A stretch of 6,068 nucleotides of DNA, from positions 1-6,068 of the IMG/VR virus record IMGVR_UViG_3300020041_000033; one strand, written 5' to 3'. Below, in pieces: positions 1 to 5,963 of the stretch. Made by a program: the position numbers and the translations under genes. The stretch comes from a virus. Within the stretch, counting starts at the first letter, position 1; every line of letters starts with the position of its first letter. Under the pieces are notes generated by a model. That model worked only from the letters and a program-made list of their open reading frames with translations. It was not told the DNA's origin and searched no databases.

Positions 1-109
1 CGGTATATCCCAAACGAAGTGGAGCCATGGAGGCCGAAGACGCGCAGCGTCCCAGCCGTTAAGGCTGTCGGCCGGCGAAACGTAGTAGTTTTCGCGCTCG
101 AAAGTACCG
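1..109. repeat. Terminal direct repeat, copy 1 (identical to 5960..6068). This is the assembly overlap of a circular genome with a 5,959-nt unit length.
   Basis: Base-by-base comparison shows 1..109 equals 5960..6068 with no mismatch. The window starts and ends inside the repeat, as expected for a circular contig written with overlap. Confidence 0.95.
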
Positions 110-121
110 TCTTTCGAAGCG
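95..121. other. Hairpin in the non-coding region upstream of the first gene.
   Basis: TCGAAAG (98..104) pairs with CTTTCGA (111..117) around a 6-nt loop. The stem extends by CGC/GCG (95..97 with 119..121) across a bulged A at 118. A smaller hairpin, CAGCC-GTTAA-GGCTG, sits at 53..67. Confidence 0.3.
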
Positions 122-141
122 TAGAGTAATATTTTTGAATT

Positions 142-342
142 ATGGATAATTTCGATTTTAGGCCTAGGTTTTCTCCTGTTGTTGATAGCACTCCTTATCG
201 CTATTCTGTTGGCACATATCGCGGTAAAAAACGAGTTGTTATTGCTTGGTTTTCCGACGAAATTCCTGCGGCTGATTATCTTGTTCGCTGTCGTCGTGAT
301 CATCCTTGCGTTAAATTTGACTGTCTTAGAAGTTTGCTCTAA
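142..342 (+). CDS. Hypothetical small protein (66 aa) with a C-terminal Cys/His cluster, translationally coupled to rep.
   Basis: It is the only ORF filling the space between the non-coding region and rep. Its TAA stop (340..342) overlaps the rep ATG (342..344) as TAATG. It has T-ending codon usage like the other genes. The cluster is CRRDHPCVKFDC. I recognise no family. Confidence 0.5.
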   Translation: MDNFDFRPRFSPVVDSTPYRYSVGTYRGKKRVVIAWFSDEIPAADYLVRCRRDHPCVKFDCLRSLL

Positions 343-1412
343 TGGCTTGCTCTTCTCCCATATGGATACGTAATCGCCGTTATTTCGACAAGAAGAACCC
401 TTGTCGTAATGGTTCCGATGTCGCTAAATCCGCTTTGGCTCTTCGTCCCTGGGATGTTGCCCGCCAGTGGCTGATTGTCCCTTGTGGCAAGTGTGAAGAC
501 TGCCTGCGTCGTCAGCGTAACGATTGGTTTGTGCGTTTAGAGCGTGAGCTTGCTCGTTGTAAGGCTGATAACCAGCAGGCTATTTTCATTACTATAACGA
601 TTGCTCCGAAGTATTACAATGAAGCTCTGTTGGATCCTTCTCGATTCATCCGCCGTTTCAATGAGCGTTTGCGGCACAAGCTTGGTCATTCATTCAAGCA
701 TGCTTTTTTTCAAGAGTTCGGCACTCATCCTGAAATGGGAAACGAACCTCGATTACACTTTCATGGCTTTCTTTTTGGCACAAACGTTCTCTATAACACG
801 ATTCGCTCTGCCGTTCGAGACCTTGGTTTTGTGTGGCTTGCAAAAGCAACTCTCAAGCGTGCCCGATATTGCGTTAAATATGTTACTAAGCAAATTCAGT
901 TTAACCCTGAGGAAATCTCGGATAAATTCATTACTTTAAATGGAAAAATTACATCTTTGGCTATTGTCCTCCAACATCGCCGTTATACGCGAAAATTCAT
1001 ATCTGCTGGCGTTGGTGATTTTCTTGGTTATAAGCCTCGCCCTTCTGCTCGTATTTCGTCGTGGTCTTATTTTGATTTTGAGAAGCGTATCAATTATAAT
1101 TACTCGATTCCTCGCTATTACTACCGATACCTTAAACAGGAGGACGAAGTTACTCGTTCGATTGCCGCTGCTGATGCTTATGCACGTTTCAGCAAGTCTC
1201 CTCTGGTTAAGCGTATTGTGTCTTTGTGCGTTGAGCGGTTCTCCCTCGGTTCCGCCGTATCCCGTAGAGCGTCGTACGTGTGGGAGCTAAAGCAAATAAT
1301 GCGCTTCTCTGCGTCTTCTCGGAAGATGCCCGATTTTGACCCCCCTACTTGGTTAGATTTGGATATTCTTCAGTTTTGGAGAGATCACTATAAACTTCAA
1401 CTAATTATTTAA
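342..1412 (+). CDS. VP4: Microviridae replication initiation protein (VP4 / phiX174 gene A-like HUH rolling-circle endonuclease).
   Basis: The 356-aa ORF has an N-terminal PCGKCEDCLRRQRNDW Cys cluster typical of gokushovirus-type VP4. Motif I is FITITI (585..602). The HUH motif is HFH in RLHFHGFLFG (756..764). The two-tyrosine catalytic motif YCVKYVTK (867..890) matches the YxxKYxxK pattern of phiX174 protein A. Confidence 0.93.
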   Translation: MACSSPIWIRNRRYFDKKNPCRNGSDVAKSALALRPWDVARQWLIVPCGKCEDCLRRQRNDWFVRLERELARCKADNQQAIFITITIAPKYYNEALLDPSRFIRRFNERLRHKLGHSFKHAFFQEFGTHPEMGNEPRLHFHGFLFGTNVLYNTIRSAVRDLGFVWLAKATLKRARYCVKYVTKQIQFNPEEISDKFITLNGKITSLAIVLQHRRYTRKFISAGVGDFLGYKPRPSARISSWSYFDFEKRINYNYSIPRYYYRYLKQEDEVTRSIAAADAYARFSKSPLVKRIVSLCVERFSLGSAVSRRASYVWELKQIMRFSASSRKMPDFDPPTWLDLDILQFWRDHYKLQLII

Positions 1413-1415
1413 TTT

Positions 1416-3239
1416 ATGGGAAGACAACCTTTCATTTCACACGCTGTAAACGGCTACTCTCGCTACGATGTTCCTGAGAGTAAGGCCTTTACGTGCACGC
1501 CGGGTATTTTGTATCCGGTGAGAATCGATTTTATTAACGCCCGTGACCGCGTCTCTATTGAGCAGGGCATTGATGTTCGGAGCAACCCTCTTGCCGTTCC
1601 GACATTCAATCCCTACACTATTCGTTTGCATCGTTTTTGGGTGCCGCTTCAGCTGTATCATCCCGAGTTGAGGACGAATAGTAGTAAGTTTGATATGAAT
1701 AGCCTTTCTTTGAATTGGATTAACGCTGTTCCGGGAATCCCTTCTTCCGGCGCGACCCCCGCGGTTACTGCGACTTTTTCTAATTCGCTCATGTATTGGC
1801 TGCGTGTATCTAACCGCGTTGTTGATTTTACCACGCCTGCTTCAACTTCCGGTGTTAACCTCCCTTCGGGTATCGTTGGTGGTATTTGGGCCAATGCTGA
1901 TACGTATCTTGCTTATTGGGATATCGTCCGAAATTATTACGGTTATTCGCAGTGGGGTCTTTATTCCTTTGCTTGGCCCGCTTCCTGGTATTATCTTGTA
2001 ACAGGCCACTCTACTGCCTCTAACGGTACTTACTCGTTCAATTCGAATGCTTCGGATTCGTATTTTACCCAGCGCTACGGTAATCTTGAATTCCTTGATG
2101 CCTATTTTGAGAGTCAGTTTTATCCTTCGGCTGTAGCAACTTCCAATAATACTTATTGTCGTTCTGCTTTGCTTCGACAGATCATTGCTTCTGATATTGG
2201 CTCTACAGGTTCTGCCGCTGGCGCCGCTGGTGATGGCTATCCGGTTGCGTCTCAACCGACTTCGCTTAGTATCTGGGATTCGTCCGCCCCCCTTGATCAA
2301 TTTAGCTCGCGTGATGACTCAAAGGGTCTTGCCGAGCCTATTATTTTTAATCTTGCCCATCCTATGGCCGTCATTCCGTCTAATCCTGATCGGTTTAGCC
2401 GGCTCCTTCCTGTTGGTAGTAGTTCTGCCGTTTCAATGTCTGGCGTTCAAACTATTCCTCAGTTAGCTATTGCTTCTCGTCTTCAGGAATATAAGGATCT
2501 TCTTGGTGCCGGAGGTAGTCGCTATAGTGATTGGTTGGAAACGTTTTTTGCTTCCAAGATCGAGCATGTGGACCGTCCAAAACTCCTTTTCAGCGCTTCG
2601 CAGACTGTCAACGTGCAGATTATTATGAATCAGGCTGGACAGAATAATTTTAACAATTCGCCAACTAATGGCCCTCTTGGGCAACAAGGTGGCGCTATTG
2701 CTTTCAATGATAGATTAGGCCGCCGACAGTCTTACTATTTCCGTGAACCCGGTTATATGATTGATATGTTGAGTATCCGTCCTGTTTATTATTGGTCGCA
2801 AATTAAACCTGACTATTTGAATTATCGAGGTTCTGATTACTTCAATCCGATTTATAATGATATAGGATATCAGAGCGTACCTAATTGGCGTTTTGGTAAT
2901 GTTGTTGGCGGTGTTGTCGAGAACACTTTTTCGCAAGAGCCTTGCTTTAATGAGTTTCGCGCCTCTTATGATGAGGTTCTAGGCCAAATCTCTAGTACCG
3001 CTGGAAATGTCCAAGGTCGAAATCTTTATGCTTATTGGGTGCAACAGCGTCAGTTGCATTGGAGTTCCTTTTGGCCTTCAAAGGCCGATTATGCGCCTGC
3101 TCTTTTTGTCGATTTATCGCAGGTCAATTCTCCTTTCGCTTCTGATGTAGAAGATAACTTCTTTGTGAATATGTCTTATGCAGTTCAGAAGAAGTGCCTC
3201 ATCAATAAGACTTTTGCAACTCGTTTGTCTAATCGTTAA
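1416..3239 (+). CDS. VP1: Microviridae major capsid protein (VP1 / F-like).
   Basis: This 607-aa ORF is the largest in the genome. The N-terminal region has the family pattern (TCTPGILYPV..., HRFWVPLQLY). The internal motif LAIASRLQEYKDLLGAGGSRYSDWLETFF...DRPKLL (about 2463..2600) corresponds to the conserved ALQ-x-ar-GG-RY-x-FG...RPE block of microvirus capsid proteins. Confidence 0.95.
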   Translation: MGRQPFISHAVNGYSRYDVPESKAFTCTPGILYPVRIDFINARDRVSIEQGIDVRSNPLAVPTFNPYTIRLHRFWVPLQLYHPELRTNSSKFDMNSLSLNWINAVPGIPSSGATPAVTATFSNSLMYWLRVSNRVVDFTTPASTSGVNLPSGIVGGIWANADTYLAYWDIVRNYYGYSQWGLYSFAWPASWYYLVTGHSTASNGTYSFNSNASDSYFTQRYGNLEFLDAYFESQFYPSAVATSNNTYCRSALLRQIIASDIGSTGSAAGAAGDGYPVASQPTSLSIWDSSAPLDQFSSRDDSKGLAEPIIFNLAHPMAVIPSNPDRFSRLLPVGSSSAVSMSGVQTIPQLAIASRLQEYKDLLGAGGSRYSDWLETFFASKIEHVDRPKLLFSASQTVNVQIIMNQAGQNNFNNSPTNGPLGQQGGAIAFNDRLGRRQSYYFREPGYMIDMLSIRPVYYWSQIKPDYLNYRGSDYFNPIYNDIGYQSVPNWRFGNVVGGVVENTFSQEPCFNEFRASYDEVLGQISSTAGNVQGRNLYAYWVQQRQLHWSSFWPSKADYAPALFVDLSQVNSPFASDVEDNFFVNMSYAVQKKCLINKTFATRLSNR

Positions 3240-3250
3240 TATTATATCTT

Positions 3251-3547
3251 ATGGCACTTGATTGGATGATTGAAGATCGCGAAGATTTTATTTCTCGCGG
3301 GCAGCGTATTTTGTCTGTACTTGATGGTTCTGGTTCAGTTGATGTTCTTCCTGGTCGCCCGGATGTAGTAGCAGAATCTTCTGACTTCGATAAGGGTGAA
3401 AAGTTCAACCCTGAAATCGATTTTGACCCTAATTCGTTTTCTCGCATGGACAAATTCGATGGTCTCGAGGTTGGTCAGGAACTCATTGATTCACAGCTTG
3501 ATAAGCCAAAATCTGCCTCAAGCCCTACTAATTCTGAAGAAAAATAG
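3251..3547 (+). CDS. Hypothetical acidic protein (98 aa). A scaffolding or assembly role is possible from its position, but unproven.
   Basis: The ORF starts 11 nt after the capsid stop on the same strand. It is rich in D/E (EDREDF, DFDKGEKFNPEIDFDPNS) and has no transmembrane segment. I cannot establish homology from sequence alone. Confidence 0.6.
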   Translation: MALDWMIEDREDFISRGQRILSVLDGSGSVDVLPGRPDVVAESSDFDKGEKFNPEIDFDPNSFSRMDKFDGLEVGQELIDSQLDKPKSASSPTNSEEK

Positions 3548-3569
3548 CATATCCTTTACTCGACGATAT

Positions 3570-3872
3570 ATGCTACGTGCGCGGACCCCTTCTGCGAGAG
3601 TTCGTGAATTGCTGAAGGTTATTGGTAACGACTGCAGGAGAGGCCGCGCATTTTTCTATCGTTCTTTAAATCTTACTCTGATGTCTGATACTAAACCGCC
3701 CTTCTACAAGTCTAAAGCCTTTTGGACGCTCGTTTCGTCTATTGTCGCTGCTTTGGCTGCCTTTTTCTTGTCCTCGTGTTCCGCACAGGCTAGATTGCAT
3801 CGTAGTGGTGTTCACATCGATACTGTGCGTGTCGATTATGTCATTCGTTCTAACAATTTAACTCACGTGTAG
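3570..3872 (+). CDS. Putative small membrane protein or lipoprotein. The start is uncertain: ATG 3570 gives 100 aa and ATG 3681 gives 63 aa.
   Basis: It is the only ORF in the 326-nt gap between 3547 and 3874, and its TAG (3870..3872) lies 1 nt before the VP2 ATG. From ATG 3681 the product is MSDTKPPFYKSK-AFWTLVSSIVAALAAFF-LSSC. That is a charged n-region, a hydrophobic h-region and a lipobox-like L-S-S-C (3768..3779), followed by a 31-aa tail starting at the Cys. The reading frame is open back to 3396, but that part overlaps the preceding ORF. Confidence 0.55.
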   Translation: MLRARTPSARVRELLKVIGNDCRRGRAFFYRSLNLTLMSDTKPPFYKSKAFWTLVSSIVAALAAFFLSSCSAQARLHRSGVHIDTVRVDYVIRSNNLTHV

Positions 3873-3873
3873 T

Positions 3874-5130
3874 ATGCCTATCCCTGTCGCCGCTGCATCT
3901 TTTGGTCAGGCTCTTGGTCAATCTGCTGCTTCTACTGGCTCTAATGGTTTGATTACCGGTTTTTTAGGCCAGCTTTTTGGTGGCATGAATGCTCGCCGTC
4001 AATGGCGTTTTCAGCAAAAGCAAATGAAGCTTCAACAGCAATACGCTTTGGAGCAAATGCAGAAACAGTCAGAGCTTTCTTATGCTAATTGGCAGAAGCA
4101 GTTTGACTACGAGAACGCCTATAATGATCCTTCGAAGGTTTTCGATCGTTATTTGAAAGCTGGTGTTACTCCTGCTGCCGTTTTAGGTTCTTCTGGTGTC
4201 GGCGTGAATGCTACTATGTCTGGTGGTTCTGCGGGTATGCCTTCCGCGTCTGGTCCTTCTGGCGGCGCTTCTGTCTCCCCTGGTGTTTTCTCTCCTGGAG
4301 ATCCTACCGCTATTGCACAAAATATGGTTGCGCAGTCTACGGTTGATCGTAATGCTGCCGCCGCTGATCGAGATGAGGCAGAAGCTGCCAACCTTCGTGG
4401 TAATACCCATACTCAAGATTGGAGAGAGCGGATGGATAGGCTTGAGTTGCAGATTACTCAGCATAACGTTAAAGATGCTCGTGAGCTCGCTAACCTTCAT
4501 GAAGCGCAGGCTCAGATTGTGGCTATTGATGCCTATCTTTCTAGCGTCACCCAGGGCTATAAAATGTCCTCTATTATGGCTATGGCTGGTATTTTGGAGG
4601 AAAAATACCAAAATATTCGTTTAACGAATGATTGGTTTGAGCCCCAAGCCGGCGCGGCTCTTGCTGTTGCCTGGTCTTCCGCTATCGCAAACGTTTCCGC
4701 TGCTGCTGAATCCGAATCTCGTATAAAGCTTAACGCCCAGGAACTCAAGGATTTGGAAAAGTGGTATGAACTTAACTGGGAAAAGGAAGTTCCTGTTCAG
4801 ATTCGTAATGATAAAGGTGAAGTTGTCGAGACAAAAACAATGAAAGTTGCTGAGACTACAGCTATTTTAAAGTCCGCTGCTGCTGAAGTCGCTCAACTTG
4901 ATACTGGAACTGCCCGTTGGGATTTGCGTAACTCCAGGCTTCGTCTTGCTCATGACGTTATTCGTTCCTTTGCTACCGCCGCAGGCGTCGCCGGTGCTTC
5001 TTACATTAGTCGTAAACCCCCGCTTCCTGTTGGCCCTCAGGATTATGAGGAAGTTAGAGAGGTGTATGGTCCTTCGGGAACCCAGACTCGCAGCACCTAC
5101 ACTCGTCGTAGCTATCATGAGAGAAATTGA
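3874..5130 (+). CDS. VP2: Microviridae DNA pilot / minor capsid protein (VP2 / H-like).
   Basis: The 418-aa ORF has a Gly/Ala-rich hydrophobic N-terminus (GLITGFLGQLFGG). A Gln-rich helical stretch follows (QQKQMKLQQQYALEQMQKQ). It carries the signature FDYENAYNDPSKVFDRYLKAGVTPAAVLG (about 4105..4188), which resembles the NxYNSPxxQMxRxxxAGLNP block of gokusho-/alpavirus VP2. A Gly/Ser/Ala linker and long Ala-rich helical regions complete the protein. Confidence 0.85.
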   Translation: MPIPVAAASFGQALGQSAASTGSNGLITGFLGQLFGGMNARRQWRFQQKQMKLQQQYALEQMQKQSELSYANWQKQFDYENAYNDPSKVFDRYLKAGVTPAAVLGSSGVGVNATMSGGSAGMPSASGPSGGASVSPGVFSPGDPTAIAQNMVAQSTVDRNAAAADRDEAEAANLRGNTHTQDWRERMDRLELQITQHNVKDARELANLHEAQAQIVAIDAYLSSVTQGYKMSSIMAMAGILEEKYQNIRLTNDWFEPQAGAALAVAWSSAIANVSAAAESESRIKLNAQELKDLEKWYELNWEKEVPVQIRNDKGEVVETKTMKVAETTAILKSAAAEVAQLDTGTARWDLRNSRLRLAHDVIRSFATAAGVAGASYISRKPPLPVGPQDYEEVREVYGPSGTQTRSTYTRRSYHERN

Positions 5131-5210
5131 ACATTTTTTTCGACTTTTTGAATTTTACGGTTTGGTTATTTTTGCTTATTTTCACATCGTAAACCAATAA
5201 CCTCATTATT

Positions 5211-5531
5211 ATGAAAAAGACTAGAGTTTCAACGATTCCTGAATTGCCAATTGACGCTTTATATTATCTGTTCGTTGAGTGGCTTCGCCGTCGAGGTGTA
5301 TTTTCTGCTTTTAAATCAAACTGCGGGTTTGGTAATCAAGGCAATAACGCACTTCGAACTGTGATTCGTCGTCGAATTCAAAATGCATTGCATACGTCTC
5401 ATTCAGGCATAGGCGATCTTATTTCTTTGAGTTTCATATTCACTAACACACCCGAAGGTTATGCTTTTTGGGCTGAATTGTCCTTCGCTTGGCGTCGTTT
5501 TTACGTTGACTTTCAAAATAATCTTAAATAA
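5211..5531 (+). CDS. Hypothetical basic protein (106 aa). It could be a DNA-binding or packaging accessory, but it is unassigned.
   Basis: The ORF follows an 80-nt T-rich spacer. It is rich in Arg/Lys (WLRRRG, VIRRRIQ, WRRF). The C-terminal motif FTNTPEGYAFWAELSFAW is aromatic-rich. I can name no family. Confidence 0.6.
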   Translation: MKKTRVSTIPELPIDALYYLFVEWLRRRGVFSAFKSNCGFGNQGNNALRTVIRRRIQNALHTSHSGIGDLISLSFIFTNTPEGYAFWAELSFAWRRFYVDFQNNLK

Positions 5532-5538
5532 TATCGTT

Positions 5539-5862
5539 ATGACGCAGATTCATGTTGTTATTCGTCGTATTAACCCTGCTCTTAAGGTTGATCTTGTCCA
5601 GGTAGGCTGTGTCGAAGGTGGCCAGTTTACAACACTTCCCCTTGACACTCTTGAGTGTCCCCTTCTTTCAAAGTATTTAGAGTGTTCCAGCGTTTCTGAT
5701 TCGCCCTACATCGAGCATCAATCTGTTTTGGGTCTGATCTCAGCTTTGATCTCGTATCCGAATTTTGCGATTGAGTTTTTCGATAACACTCTCGTTCTTA
5801 TGTTTGATCTTGATTTGACTGATAATGAAAGCTCGTCGGAAGAAGAAGGGAAAGGGAACTAA
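5539..5862 (+). CDS. Hypothetical strongly acidic protein (107 aa).
   Basis: ATG 5539 lies 7 nt after the stop of the preceding gene. The longer 5461 start would overlap that gene in its +1 frame. I counted about 16 D/E against about 5 K/R. The C-terminal tail is acidic (DLDLTDNESSSEEEGKGN). A terminator-like hairpin follows. Confidence 0.6.
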   Translation: MTQIHVVIRRINPALKVDLVQVGCVEGGQFTTLPLDTLECPLLSKYLECSSVSDSPYIEHQSVLGLISALISYPNFAIEFFDNTLVLMFDLDLTDNESSSEEEGKGN

Positions 5863-5907
5863 AGTAGTGACCCGCCCGCTCGGTGGAAGAGTTCTTTGAC
5901 TCACTAG

Positions 5908-5944
5908 GCCCCAGGAGATATCCTTTTCTCCTGTGGGCTTTTGT
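5908..5944 (+). terminator. Intrinsic (rho-independent) terminator-like hairpin after the last gene.
   Basis: GCCCCAGGAGA (5908..5918) pairs with TCTCCTG-T-GGGC (5927..5938), giving 11 bp with one bulged T at 5934 and an 8-nt loop. The hairpin is followed immediately by TTTTGT (5939..5944). Confidence 0.55.
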
Positions 5945-5948
5945 ATCC

Positions 5949-5963
5949 ACCGGCTTTGCCGGT
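5949..5963. other. Short perfect hairpin ACCGGC-TTT-GCCGGT straddling the linearisation point.
   Basis: It has a 6-bp G+C-rich stem and a 3-nt loop, read directly from the sequence. It lies in the non-coding region. Its function is unknown. Confidence 0.3.

Noticed and set aside
27-62. An 11-codon mini-ORF (ATG GAG GCC ... TAA) preceded by GGAG in the non-coding region.
   Set aside because: It is too short to assess. The GGAG is only 2 nt from the ATG, and no other gene in this genome uses a Shine-Dalgarno motif.
1-109. Reading the terminal repeats as prophage attL/attR, or as a dif-like XerCD integration site.
   Set aside because: The window begins and ends exactly within the repeat and has no flanking host sequence. 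There is no integrase. I could not find a convincing dif-like 28-mer (XerC arm, 6-nt spacer, XerD arm) anywhere. A circular-assembly overlap is the simpler explanation.
1842-2300. A 152-aa minus-strand ORF antisense to the capsid gene. The other minus-strand ORFs at 1437..1661, 1658..1894, 2463..2687, 2715..2936 and 3229..3453 fall in the same category.
   Set aside because: They lie antisense to a strongly supported gene. Their products are Arg/Ser/Ile-rich and low in complexity. Microviruses transcribe one strand only. I see no start context or motif supporting them.
3237-3245. TAATATTAT, an 8/9 match to the TAATATTAC nonanucleotide origin of gemini-/circovirus-type HUH Reps.
   Set aside because: There is no flanking G+C stem to present it in a loop. 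It sits in an A/T-rich spacer where such strings are expected by chance. The Rep here is of the two-tyrosine phiX type, not the CRESS type.
3396-3569. The upstream extension of the membrane-protein ORF (ATG 3396, 158-aa version). This includes the idea of a frameshift fusion with the ORF at 3251..3547.
   Set aside because: The extension is simply the open +1 frame of the preceding gene, overlapping it by 152 nt. I see no slippery heptamer or stimulatory structure. The ATGs at 3570 and 3681 avoid the overlap, and 3681 gives a canonical signal peptide.
4183-4611. A 142-aa minus-strand ORF antisense to VP2, along with those at 4149..4391, 4557..4748 and 4867..5118.
   Set aside because: The reasoning is the same. 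The Arg/Thr-rich tail (RRTRRGRHTRRTTRH) is the mirror of the Gly/Ser/Ala-rich VP2 linker and is not an independent signal.
4208-4624. Leu-rich + strand ORFs embedded in VP2, VP1 and ORF 142: 4208..4624, 4898..5200, 1804..2001, 2185..2466, 179..373 and 601..939.
   Set aside because: All lie in the +1 frame of the host gene. Their Leu/Phe/Ile richness is explained by T-ending codon bias, which depletes stops in that frame. Only 940..1290 is kept, as a low-interest hypothesis.
5461-5538. The longer start (ATG 5461) for the last gene.
   Set aside because: It would overlap the preceding gene by 71 nt in its +1 frame and add a hydrophobic, compositionally artefactual N-terminus. ATG 5539 sits 7 nt after the upstream stop.
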